Part shown: in pieces, positions 50,553-60,641 of the stretch
Layout of the letters: each line of letters opens with the position of its first letter
Position numbering within the stretch: position 1 is the first letter of the stretch
Assembly: GCA_963724295.1 (NCBI GenBank)
Contig: CAVRUC010000001.1
Span: 165,572 to 229,571 of the forward strand
Origin: an uncultured Chloroflexia bacterium
GTDB lineage: Bacteria > Chloroflexota > Chloroflexia > Thermomicrobiales > UBA6265
Length of the DNA stretch: 64,000 bases
Direction of reading: 5' to 3'
Program-made: the position numbers and the translations under genes
Notes under the pieces: model-generated
What the model was told of the DNA's origin: nothing
The model's database searches: none
Seen by the model: the letters and a program-made list of their open reading frames with translations, nothing else

Positions 50553-51792
50553 ATGCCTCACGCACGTCACGTCAGAAGCGCCGGCATCACGTCGCGACGC
50601 GCGGTGCTGGCCGGTGGCGCCAGTGTCGCCGCGGCATTCCTGGCGGCTGCCGCTCCCCACGCGCAGGCGCAGGACGGAACCCCGGAGGCGAGCGCGACGA
50701 CCGGGCCGCCTTTCCCTCCCGACGAGCAACTCGCCCTGGACCAGATCGTCGCCTCGCGGGTGGGCGGGCAGATGGTCCCGGGCGCGGTGGCCGGCGTCGC
50801 CATCCCGGGGCGCGGCTCCTGGGTTTATGCGCAAGGGATCGCCGATCTGCGCACCGCCGCCCCGATCGCCACGGACGACCACTTCCGCATCGCCAGCGTC
50901 AGCAAGACCTTCACCGCGACGGTGATCCTGCAGCTGGTCGACGAAGGCAAGCTCGCGCTCGACGATACCCTCGAGCCGTACGTGCCGGGGATCCCGAACG
51001 GGTCTGAGATCACCATCCGGCAGGTCCTGCAGATGACCGCCGGCATTTTCGACTACTCCCTGGACGAGCAGGTCGTGGTCGACTACGACCGCGACCCGAC
51101 GATCCTGATCACCCCCGAGGACGTCATCGCCATCGTCGATCGGCACGGGCCGGACTTCGCCCCCGGTGCCTCGCTCAGCTACTCGGACACGAACTACTTC
51201 CTGCTCGGCCTGGTCATCGAGAAGGTGACCGGGATGGGTGCCGTCCAGGCCCTCCAGGAGTACGTCTTCACCCCGCTCGGTTTGACCGAGACGAGCCTGC
51301 CGGACACTCCGGAGATGCCCGCGCCGTTCGCCCGCGGCTACATCGCGACCTCGGCGACGGACGACACGTTGCGGGACGTCACGTTGAGCAACCCGCTCAC
51401 GGCCTGGACCGCCGGCGGCATCGTCTCGACGCTGGCCGACCTCCTGGTCTGGGCGGAGGCGCTGGGGGCGGGGACGTTGCTCACGCCGGAGACGCAGCGC
51501 GAGCGGCTGCGCTTCGAGCCCGTCCCCGGCGGCTCTCGGCTGCCGGTTAGCTACGGGCTGGGCATCATGGATGTGGCCGGATTCGTCGGGCACAACGGGG
51601 CCATCTACGGCTACAGCACCTGGATCCTCTACGACCCCGAGAGCCAGGGCTCGCTCGTGGTGCTGGCCAACCGCGGCGAGCTGACGACGGAGTATGCCGC
51701 GGCGATCGCCGTCGACATCATCGAGTTGCTCTTCCCGGGGCGGATCGAGGCGGCGCTGGCCGCTCCGCCGCCGGGGACGCCTGGTGCCGTAA
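50553..51792 (+). CDS. Tat-exported serine hydrolase (beta-lactamase/D-Ala-D-Ala carboxypeptidase family)
   Basis: SRRAVL Tat signal; FRIASVSKTF (SxxK), YSDTNY and GHNG. The likely true end is GTPVP-TAA at 51790 via a 1-nt shift; the ORF track runs to 51959. Confidence 0.88.
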
Positions 51793-51865
51793 CGCCGCCT
51801 GTGATGGCCATTCGCCCGGCAGAATACGAGTTCGTCCCGCGCCGCTCCCTGCCCCGGAGCGCGCC

Positions 51866-52160
51866 ATGCTCGGTCCCGCCAAGGCCCGCCGCCTCGACGC
51901 ACCGATCGCCGTCTCGCTGGTCGACCTCGTCCCGGCCGATAACCTCTACCGGCACGTGAAGGCGACGCTTGATCTGTCGTTTGTGCGCGAGTCGGTTGAT
52001 GAATACCGTTGCCCGGAGGGACAGATCCTCCGTCGCTATGCGACCAAACGCACCGAGGGCGTAGTGGCGTACCGAGGTGAGGCGACCATCTGCAATGCCT
52101 GCCCGGTCAAGGCCAAGTGCACCACCAGCGACCACGGGCGCAAGGTGCAGCGCCTGGAAA
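51866..52160 (+). mobile_element. IS1182-family transposase remnant, internally deleted
   Basis: N-terminal SLVDLVPADNLYRH...LDLSFVRE is joined directly to the C-terminal YRCPEGQ...CNACPVKAKCT; the DDE core is missing. Confidence 0.8.
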
Positions 52161-52297
52161 CTCCGTGCAGCAACGGGTTCGTACTTGCCCGGCAGCACGC
52201 ACGCGGGGGTCGCGGCACGATATTGCAACACGCTCGAACTCTGCTATCTGTTGCAATACACCGAAATCCTTCGACCGCGGCACAAAATGACACCTCG

Positions 52298-53188
52298 TTG
52301 CGTGACACCACGGAATCTGGCGAACGGCACGTCGGCATCGGCGCCCCGGCCAAGCTGAATCTCGGTCTGGAGGTCATCGGCCGCCGCGACGACGGCTTTC
52401 ACGAGATCGCCACCATCTTCTTACCATCGATCTCTACGATCGCCTCACCCTGTCGCCGGCCGATGACCTGGAGCTGAGCTGTGACGACGATTCGCTGGCC
52501 GGCACGGACAATCTCGCTCTGCGCGCGCTCGACCTCTTACGCGATGAGACGAGCTACTCTGGCGGCGCCCGCATTCACCTCCGCAAGCGCATCCCCTCGC
52601 GGCCGGTCTCGGCGGGGCGTCGAGCGACGCCGCCGCGGCACTTCTCGGCGGACGCGAGCTCTGGCAGCTGGACCTGAGCGACGCCGAGCTCCACGATCTC
52701 GCCGCCCGTCTCGGCAGCGACGTCCCCTTCTTTCTGCGCGGTGGCTGCGCCATCGGGCGCGGCCGCGGCGATCGTCTCGAGCCGCTGCCGTTTCCCCCGG
52801 ATTGCTGGTTCGTGGTCGTCGTGCCGGACGTGCAGATCCCGGCCAAGACCGCCAGCCTCTACGCGCGCCTGCGTCCGGAGGACTTCAGCGACGGCTCCCG
52901 CATAGCCGCCCAGGCCGCGCGCCTGCGATCTGGTCAGGCCCTTGACCCGACCCTGCTCGGGAACGCCTTCGCCCGCCCCCTCTACGCCATCGCCCCCGAG
53001 CTGGCCGCCCTACCGGACACCATGCGTGACGCCGGCGCCGAATCGGTCGCCATTTCCGGTGCCGGCCCCACGCACTACGCGCTTACTCACCGATGAGCCC
53101 AGGCCGAAAGCTCGCGGCACGTCTCCGCGAGCGACTCGGGGACCGCGCTCAGGTCTTCGTCTCCAGACCCGCGCCACCTCAGTCCTGA
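52298..53188 (+). CDS. ispE: 4-diphosphocytidyl-2-C-methyl-D-erythritol kinase (frameshifted in this sequence)
   Basis: [52 protein letters not shown] and ISGAGPT, spread over at least 3 frames. Confidence 0.88.
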
Positions 53189-53218
53189 CCGTCCAGACCG
53201 GTATAGTTGGGTGAACGA

Positions 53219-53339
53219 GGGTGATGGGTGATGGGTGGCGGGGTCGCGGGTGGCAGGGTGGCAGGGTGGCAGGAGAGCGATAACCCCGCCACCCTGCCCA
53301 CCACGAGCGCAGCGAGTAATCACCCCGCCACCCATCACC
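53219..53339. repeat. G-rich/C-rich intergenic repeat
   Basis: GGGTGAT and GGGTGGCA tandem units with complementary CACCC units, plus the motif shared with 36493-36520. Confidence 0.7.
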
Positions 53340-53360
53340 GTGAGCGAGCGCTACAACCCC

Positions 53361-54767
53361 ATGATGATCCAGCCCCAAGCACTGATCAAAGGGCGCTATC
53401 GCGTCGGCCGTCGCCTCGGTGAGGGCGGGATGGCGATCGTCTACCTCGGTCACGATCTCTTGCTTGGCCGGGACGTGGCGATCAAGACACCCCGGCCGCA
53501 GTTCTCCGCCGACCCCGGCTTCCGCGCCCGCTTCGAACGCGAGGCGCGCGCCGCCGCTTCCCTCTCCCACCCGAACATCATCGACGTCTATGACGTTGGC
53601 GAGGACGAGGGCACACCCTTCATCGTCATGGAGCTCGTGCGCGGGCAGTCGCTGAAAGAGATCATCGCCGCCGACGCTCCGTTCCATCCCGACGACGTGG
53701 CCGAGCTGCTGGAGCAGATCGGAGGCGCCCTCGACTACGCCCATGTCAGAGGTTATGTCCACCGCGACATCAAACCGGGCAACATCCTCGTCGACGCCCA
53801 CGGCCGGGCCAGGCTGGTCGATTTCGGCATCGCCAAGGGGCTGGCCGATGGCGACCTGACGGAAGCCGGCGAGAGCCTCGGCACCGTCGGCTACCTCTCG
53901 CCCGAGCAGGCCGCCGGGCTGATGGCCACCCCCGCCTCCGATGTCTACTCGGTCGGTGTGGTGGCCTTCGAGATGCTGACCGGCGAGCTCCCCTTCGCCG
54001 CGGAGACGCCCGTCGGCGTGGCCATGCGCCACGTCAACGATCCCGCGCCGCGCCCGTCACAGGTCGTGCCGGGGCTGCCGCCGCAGGTCGACCCCATCAT
54101 CCTCCGCGCACTGGCCAAAGACCCAACGAAGCGCTGGGGCTCAGCCGGCGCCTTCGCCCGCGCCCTGCGCGGCTGGCGGATCACCGCTCCGCCCCAACCG
54201 GTGACGCGCGCCCCTCAGGAACGAGCGCTTGCACGTGAAGCGCCGCCACCGGCGCGCGGCAGCCTGGCGCCGACGATAATCATCGTCATCCTGGTCCTCG
54301 CCGCGCTCGGGGCACTGCTCTGGAACGGGTTCCAGAACCTGCCGGATCCCGTCGAGCCGACGCCTTCATCGGTTGTCGTACCGGAGGCGCCGGTCATTAC
54401 CGGCGGCATCGATGACGAGCCGGCGAACGGCGACGGGCTCGCGCCGCAGATCGTTCCCGCGGATCAGCAGCTCCCCGACCCGGCGCCGACGACCGACACC
54501 GGACAAACCGTGCCGACGATTGCCCCGGTCGGCGAAGCGGCGGTCGTCGTTCCCAATCTCCAGGGTCTGACCATCGGCGGTTCAATGGGAGTCGTGCTGC
54601 CGCTCGACCTGCGCCTGGTCCCGGATCAGCCGGTCTACTCCGACACCGTCCCGATGAATGCGGTGGTCGCCCAGGATCCCCCTCCAGGGACGCGGGTGGC
54701 GCCTGGCACCGCCATCCGGGTCTCGCTCAGCCGCGGACCATCGCCGTTTGCCGCCGGTCAGCCGTGA
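53361..54767 (+). CDS. Hanks-type Ser/Thr kinase with TM and single PASTA domain
   Basis: LGEGGMAIVY, VAIK, HRDIKPGN, DFGIAK and YLSPEQ; TM; VPNLQG...QDPPPG...SRGP. Confidence 0.93.
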   Translation: MMIQPQALIKGRYRVGRRLGEGGMAIVYLGHDLLLGRDVAIKTPRPQFSADPGFRARFEREARAAASLSHPNIIDVYDVGEDEGTPFIVMELVRGQSLKEIIAADAPFHPDDVAELLEQIGGALDYAHVRGYVHRDIKPGNILVDAHGRARLVDFGIAKGLADGDLTEAGESLGTVGYLSPEQAAGLMATPASDVYSVGVVAFEMLTGELPFAAETPVGVAMRHVNDPAPRPSQVVPGLPPQVDPIILRALAKDPTKRWGSAGAFARALRGWRITAPPQPVTRAPQERALAREAPPPARGSLAPTIIIVILVLAALGALLWNGFQNLPDPVEPTPSSVVVPEAPVITGGIDDEPANGDGLAPQIVPADQQLPDPAPTTDTGQTVPTIAPVGEAAVVVPNLQGLTIGGSMGVVLPLDLRLVPDQPVYSDTVPMNAVVAQDPPPGTRVAPGTAIRVSLSRGPSPFAAGQP

Positions 54768-55831
54768 CCGACGCGGCGCGTTCCAGCTCCTCGAACTTGA
54801 ACTGGCGCGAGATCGTCACAACCGCCGTCCTCGTCTTCCTCGTCGTCGTCGCGGGATCTGTCGCCGCGTTCACGTTCTGGCTCCGGGAGCTCGCCGCTCC
54901 ACAGGTCGTGCTCCTCGGTTCAGGGAACCGGCTCTCGCTCCTCGTCACCGATGGACCGGCGCGCTTGCTGCTGGCCACCGGCGATAGCCCCATCGACTAC
55001 GAGAATGCGCTGACCCACGTTCGCCCCATCTTCGCCCGGCGCGTCGACGTCCTGCTCGTCGCCGGCAGCGGCAGCACGCTGCTCGTTCCCCTTGCCGCCC
55101 ACGGCGACTCGCACGTCCGCAACGCGACCGCGCTGGCGCCGCTGCCGCGCTCGCCCGAAGCCGATGCCATCGGCGCGATCCCGTCGTTCTCGTCGCCGCA
55201 ACACATTCGTCTCGGGTCTTCGATCGAGGTGACCGTCGAGACCGCCCTCCCCTTCGGCGCGGATGCCGATGCCGACTTTCCGGCCTGGCGGGCAACCGTC
55301 CAGCATGGTGAGACGCGGATCGTGGTGCTCTCCGACGGTCCTGCGGCGTCGCTCTTCCCTCCCCCCAGTGGGCCGTCCGTCCTGGCGGTTTCCGGCGCCG
55401 ATCCGGCCGCGGCATGGGATCTCTCACCGGCTGTCGCGTTCGTGGCAAATTCGGAGATGATCGGCGGCCCCGAGATGCGGGCCGCGTTCACCGAGAGCAG
55501 CCGCTCGCCGCAATGGGGTTACCGCGTCTTCCCCGGGGAAGCGCTACGCCTGAGATTCGTCGCCGGTGGCGTGGAGCTGCCGTCCGAACCGGCGCACGAT
55601 CTGGCGGGGACGCCGTCAGACGCCGCGATCATCGCTGTAGCTCAGATGACCGCTCGTGTCATCCCGAGGAACGAGGGATCTCGTCGCTTTATCGCAGACC
55701 CATGTGCAGCGACGAGATTCCTCGCTGCGGCTCGGAATGACACTGGTTGCGCACGGCTGTCTACCCGGGCCGAGCCGAGCCGGCGAATCAGGCGCCGCGA
55801 GCCGCCTTCGCCCGCGCGAACTCATCCTTGA
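54764..55831 (+). CDS. membrane-anchored hypothetical protein, degenerate ComEC/MBL-like fold
   Basis: GTGA overlap with the kinase; N-terminal TM; beta-strand pattern; the 3' end reads through a REP-like element, so the true end is uncertain. Confidence 0.65.
   Translation: MTDAARSSSSNLNWREIVTTAVLVFLVVVAGSVAAFTFWLRELAAPQVVLLGSGNRLSLLVTDGPARLLLATGDSPIDYENALTHVRPIFARRVDVLLVAGSGSTLLVPLAAHGDSHVRNATALAPLPRSPEADAIGAIPSFSSPQHIRLGSSIEVTVETALPFGADADADFPAWRATVQHGETRIVVLSDGPAASLFPPPSGPSVLAVSGADPAAAWDLSPAVAFVANSEMIGGPEMRAAFTESSRSPQWGYRVFPGEALRLRFVAGGVELPSEPAHDLAGTPSDAAIIAVAQMTARVIPRNEGSRRFIADPCAATRFLAAARNDTGCARLSTRAEPSRRIRRREPPSPARTHP
55656..55743. repeat. REP/MITE-like palindromic element
   Basis: GTGTCATCCCGAG...CTCGGAATGACAC outer and CGAGGGATCTCGTCGCT/AGCGACGAGATTCCTCG inner inverted repeats; a related copy lies at 61541. 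Confidence 0.8.
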
Positions 55832-57020
55832 CCGACGCCAGCAGGTCCTGGTCGACGATCAGGTCGATACCGGTGAGCGCCATCGCCCGCGCCACGGCCA
55901 GGGTGTTGGCATAGCCCATCTCGGAATCCGCCGCCTGCACGACTTCCTGCGAGTGCCAGGTGCAGACGTGGTCGATGATCGGATACGAGGTCTCCACCGA
56001 CGGCACCTCGTAGCTGACGTTGGCCCAATCGGTCGATCCCGTGCCCGGTTCCGCCTTTGCCGGCGGCAGCTGCAATCCGACCGCGTCGAGGTGCTGGCCG
56101 AGCCGGGACGCCATCGGGTAGTTGGTGATCATGTCCGCGTCCGGCTCTTCCGGCATCTCGAACTCGAGTGAGGCGCCGGTGATCAGCGCCGCGCCCTCGG
56201 CGATCCGCCGCACCTTCTCCACCAGCTCGTTCATCCCGGCCAGCGTGGCCGCGCGGACGAAGAATTCGGCCTGCGCGAAATCGGGCACCACGTTCGGCAC
56301 GTCCCCGCCGTGGGTGATGATCCCGTGGATGCGCGCGTCGGCGGTGATGTGCTGGCGCAGGGCATTGATCCCGTTGAAGACCTCGATAACCGCGTTCAGC
56401 GCGTTGATGCCGTTGAAGGGATCGGCGGCGGCGTGCGCCGCTCGCCCGTGAAAGCCGATCTTGACCAGCACGCAGGCCAGCGATTGACCGCTCCCCTCCA
56501 CCGTCGGACAGGTCGCTTCAGAGGTCCCGGGATGAGCACCCAGCGCGGCGTCGATGCCCGCGAATACCCCCGCCTTGGCCATGATCACCTTGCCGCCGAC
56601 CGCTTCCTCGGCCGGTGTGCCAAAGACGTCGACCCGGCCCCTACCACCGAGATGCGGCAACGCCGCGGCAAGCCCTAAACCGGCGCCAATACCGGCGATG
56701 GCGATCAGATTGTGACCGCAGCCGTGACCCACACCGGGCAGGGCGTCATATTCGCTGAGGTAGGCGATGCGCGGCTGACCCGTTCCCACCGACGCGGCAA
56801 ATGCCGTCGGCAGCTCCGCGACCCCGCGCTCGACGGTGAATCCACGCTGCTCGAGAAAGTCGGCGCAAGCGGCGCTCGAGCGCACCTCTTCCAACGCGAT
56901 CTCGGGATTGTCATGGATGAATTTCGAGAGCGCGATCAGATCGCCGGCGGCATCGTCGATGGCGCGCACCGCCGCTGCCTGCGCCGCTGTCAGATCAATA
57001 TCCTGGATCGTGGCCGTCAA
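55788..57020 (-). CDS. M20 family amidohydrolase
   Basis: IHDNPEIALEE, EYDALPGVGHGCGHNLIA, GTPAEE, HAAADP and GSTDWANVS. Confidence 0.93.
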   Translation of the reverse strand: MTATIQDIDLTAAQAAAVRAIDDAAGDLIALSKFIHDNPEIALEEVRSSAACADFLEQRGFTVERGVAELPTAFAASVGTGQPRIAYLSEYDALPGVGHGCGHNLIAIAGIGAGLGLAAALPHLGGRGRVDVFGTPAEEAVGGKVIMAKAGVFAGIDAALGAHPGTSEATCPTVEGSGQSLACVLVKIGFHGRAAHAAADPFNGINALNAVIEVFNGINALRQHITADARIHGIITHGGDVPNVVPDFAQAEFFVRAATLAGMNELVEKVRRIAEGAALITGASLEFEMPEEPDADMITNYPMASRLGQHLDAVGLQLPPAKAEPGTGSTDWANVSYEVPSVETSYPIIDHVCTWHSQEVVQAADSEMGYANTLAVARAMALTGIDLIVDQDLLASVKDEFARAKAARGA

Positions 57021-57100
57021 CGGGCCCTCCTTCGTCAGTCAACCATTTCTGGAATGTTACCGCTCAACCGCGCCGGAAACGATCGCCCCACGCAGGAAAA

Positions 57101-57162
57101 CCCCCTCTCCCTGCGCACAGGGCGGGTACCCGCAGAGCGGGTGGCGGCCAGGGGGTGAGGGC
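57101..57162. repeat. CCCCTCTCCC-type palindromic repeat
   Basis: CCCCTCTCCCTGCGCACAGGG...GGGGTGAGGG; a related copy lies at 61656. Confidence 0.6.
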
Positions 57163-57222
57163 CATCGCGGGCTGAGGGCACGGCGCCCCAATCCTCAGGA
57201 TCTCTCAATACACGGAATATTG

Positions 57223-58239
57223 CTAGAGCGTTGCCCCGCACTCGGGACAGAAGACGTCGCGGGGACCGACGCGGGCGCGACAGACCGCACAGCGCTCGTC
57301 ATCCGTCACGCCCGTCGAGGAGGTGACGGGCCATGGCCCAGCCTGCTCGGTCCTGGCGACCGTGTCATCGCCGGCGGCGCTCCAGGGCGACCATACCGTC
57401 TCGTCACTCTGTGCCTGCGGCGCATCAATGGCGCGCTGCCGCGTGCTTGCACTCTCGACCTGATCCGCCCGGCCGTGGCCATTGTTTACGTGGGTAGCCT
57501 GCCCGTCTCTCGGCCATGGCTCCGCCTCGGTGTATGTCGCTCCCACCGGGAGCGGCGAGGTGGCCTCGATCCCCTGTCCGAAGCGGCCGGAAGGCGAAAC
57601 TGGCTCCCGCCCCGGCTCGTACTTGCCGGCATCGCCATCGTTTGCCATCCGCACCGGACGCTGCCGGGCCGGCATGCCGGCCACCAGCGATCTGTCGCCC
57701 TCCCGTGGCTGGCGCCGGGATCGTGAGGCGTTCACGATCCACCCCAGTACCGTCAGCACCAGGAGAATCCCTGCCGCTCCGAGCAAGAGGAGGTCGGCTC
57801 GCCGCAGCAGCGCCTCGCCGATGATCCCATCGTCGAGCGCCGCGCCTTGCTGCAGGTATTGATCGATCCACCCGAACAGCGTGGACAACAGGAACGCGGC
57901 ATTGAATGCGGCCAGCAGTCCGCCCGCCAGCCGCGACGCGGTGCCGGGCCGGGAGCGCCCCATTGCCGCCCCCGCTCCATAGCCGAGCAGAAAGGTGCAC
58001 GCCAGGAGCAACGCCGCGGAGGCGGCAAACGTCGCGGCGCCCTGCTCCAGGCCAAAGCGAGAGGCGAGCTCGGCGCCCCAGGCGCCGCCGAAGCGCGCGG
58101 CAAGCGTGGCGCCCAACAGGACACCAGCCGAGACCATCGCCTCTTTCGCCACCCCGCGCCGGATGCCAAAGGGCACAAAGAGCAGGATGACCAATCCAAG
58201 CAGAATGTCGAGGAGTAATGGTGTGTCGATCTGCGGCAC
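57223..58239 (-). CDS. CvpA family membrane protein with disordered tail and C-terminal zinc ribbon
   Basis: GIRRGVAKE and SRLAGGLL CvpA motifs; ends CAVC...FCPECGATL. Confidence 0.75.
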   Translation of the reverse strand: MPQIDTPLLLDILLGLVILLFVPFGIRRGVAKEAMVSAGVLLGATLAARFGGAWGAELASRFGLEQGAATFAASAALLLACTFLLGYGAGAAMGRSRPGTASRLAGGLLAAFNAAFLLSTLFGWIDQYLQQGAALDDGIIGEALLRRADLLLLGAAGILLVLTVLGWIVNASRSRRQPREGDRSLVAGMPARQRPVRMANDGDAGKYEPGREPVSPSGRFGQGIEATSPLPVGATYTEAEPWPRDGQATHVNNGHGRADQVESASTRQRAIDAPQAQSDETVWSPWSAAGDDTVARTEQAGPWPVTSSTGVTDDERCAVCRARVGPRDVFCPECGATL

Positions 58240-58589
58240 GATATCCGCCCCGCTCCCTGATCCTTCGCCGAAATCTGGCTGGTGACGCCCTTACGCGCTC
58301 ACGCGTGGAGCGCACCCCTGCCGTATGTACGGCCGGACGGCGATTTACGGTTTCCGCCGCGCGGGGCCCGGCGCGACTGATTTTGTACCCCCGCGGGACG
58401 GCAGCGTCGTCCTCCCGGAGCGGGAACCGGGGCACTCGACGGCAGTCTAGCACGCTGTATGCGGCGCCTCAGGAGTGTCTGATTGTCAATAACAATTGGA
58501 CGCATGCTATGATTAACGAGATGAAGCGGCATCGGGCCGCCTCAGAATAGACGGTACACCGCCGACCCCGCTCCGGAAGGAGTAGTTCG

Positions 58590-60616
58590 ATACCACCACC
58601 ACGCACTCGGCGCGACAATGCGCCCACGGCGTCATCACCTGGCTCAACGGTCGCCCCATCGTCTCGTCAGCGGACGAGACGGGCGCCAGCACCTCCCCAG
58701 GCATCCGCTTCCCAGGATCTCTCATGGCGCCGCATCGACCTTCATATCCACACCCCGGCTTCCGTCGACTACCAGCAGACTGGCATCGGCATTCTCGACA
58801 TCCTGCACCGCGCTGAAGAACGCGGTCTCGATGCCATCGCCCTCACCGATCACAACTCAGTGCGGGGCTACGCCGACCTCTGGCGCGAGATCGAGGACCT
58901 GGAGCTCCTCGAGTACCTCGGCAGGCTGCAACCCAACGAAGCCGAGCGACTGGATGAGTTTCGGCGCTTGCTCGCTCGGATCCTGGTGCTGCCGGGGTTC
59001 GAGTTCACCGCCCAGTTCGGGTTCCACATTCTGGCCATCTTTCCCGAAGGCACCACCGTCCGCCGCATGGAGCACCTGCTCATGTTGCTGGGTGTGCCGG
59101 AGGATCGCTTTGGCAGCGGTGAGGTGGGCGCGACCACTGACGTTCTACGCGCCTACGAGATCCTGGACGATCACGGCGCCCTGATCATCGGCGCCCATGT
59201 CAACTCGACGCACGGCATCGCCATGCAGGGACTCCGCTTCGGCGGGCAGACCAAGATCGCCTACACCCAGGATCCTCATCTGCACGCCCTCGAGGTGACC
59301 GACCTTCTGCCTGCCACCAATCGCCGCTCGACGGCACGCTTCTTCAGCGGCACCAAGAGCGAGTATCCCCGTCGCATGCACTGCATCCAGGGCTCTGACG
59401 CTCACCGCCTGGAGCAGGATCCGGCACGGGAGACGAATCTCGGTATCGGCGACCGCCCGACCGAGGTCCTCTTGCCGGAGATGTCATTCGCCGCCCTCAA
59501 AGCCCTGCTGACCAGTAATGAGTTCGACCGCGTCCGCGCCTTCACCGCGCCGCCAAGCGATCCGGTCAAAGCCGCTCGCCTCGAGGGCAATACCGCGCAC
59601 CAGGTCTTCCACGAGGGCGCGGGTACGAAGCGCGGGCAGAGCGCCATCCTGCGCGACGTGGTCGCGTTCGCCAATTCCGGCGGCGGCAAGATCTACCTCG
59701 GCGTTTCGCCATCGGAGAAGCGACCCATCGCCGGGCTCGAGAACGCCAGGTCGATCGTCGCCGAGCTGAGCCGCGATATTGCCGCCCAGATTACGCCGCC
59801 GGTCGAGGCGGCCTTCGAGGAGCTGGTCTCGGACGGCAAACCCGTCGTCGTTCTGCAGGTGAACGAGGGAGCGCACAAGCCGCATGCGGTCGCCCCCGGC
59901 GGCATCTTCGTCCGCCGCGACGTGGAGTCTGCCCAGGCCACACGGGACGAGATCGTGCAGATGGTCACCGGCGCCGCGGCCGCACCGGCAATCGCCCCTT
60001 CGACACCGGTCCCCGCGCCGGCCGCTCCGTCGAACGGCCACGCTCGCGGCGAACCGGCGACCAGGGCCGGCGCTGGCCCGCAGCGACGCGGCGATCCGAT
60101 GCTCGCACCCGCGCCAAACCCGCGGCCGTCGAGCCCGACCAACCAGCCGAAACCCGGCCGGATCTCAACGGCTCCGCTGCGCCGGAAGCGGAGTCTTCAG
60201 CGGCTCCCCTTGCGGCAGACGCACCCGAGATCTACGAAGAGACCGTCAGCGCCGACCCGTTGGCGCCGACGACGGGCATCGAGGTGCTCGACTCGTATGA
60301 GCAGGACGGCATCCGCTATTACACATTGCGCGACTTGCGCTATCACAAGCTGATCCACAACGTCACCAAGACGACCGACCGCCGCATCTGGCGCGCCGCG
60401 ATCGCCCAGCGCGAGAAAGGCGATCTCGACGAATCGGCGGTGCGCTGGAAGGGCGACTACGGCCTCTGGCGCTCGTACCGGCAGCGAGCGGGCGACCGCC
60501 GCTATGACCTCGTCTACCGGGGCGACGGCGATCCCCGCATCTTCTTCGGGGTCAGCGAGTCGGGAATGGACGACCGTTGGAAGGCGCTGCTGCCCCCGGC
60601 GAAGGTCCCCGCCTGA
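58590..60616 (+). CDS. PHP phosphoesterase - AlbA/Schlafen-like domain fusion (probable ATA start; frameshift ~60100-60180)
   Basis: [34 protein letters not shown] and GSDAH, then [16 protein letters not shown]...KPH; the C-terminal domain is in the frame ending at 60616. Confidence 0.8.
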
Positions 60617-60641
60617 TGGACGCGCGCCGGGCACGGCCGAG

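Noticed and set aside
50553..51792. Antibiotic-resistance beta-lactamase
   Set aside because: SxxK/YS/GHxG serine hydrolases are mostly peptidases or esterases; specificity cannot be read from the sequence.
51866..52477. Transposase-IspE fusion protein
   Set aside because: Chance open frame across the IS remnant, the spacer and the ispE 5' end.
52298..53188. ispE as a real pseudogene or programmed frameshift
   Set aside because: All motifs are intact, there are no in-frame nonsense changes, and it shows the same indel pattern as its neighbours; sequencing error is more likely.
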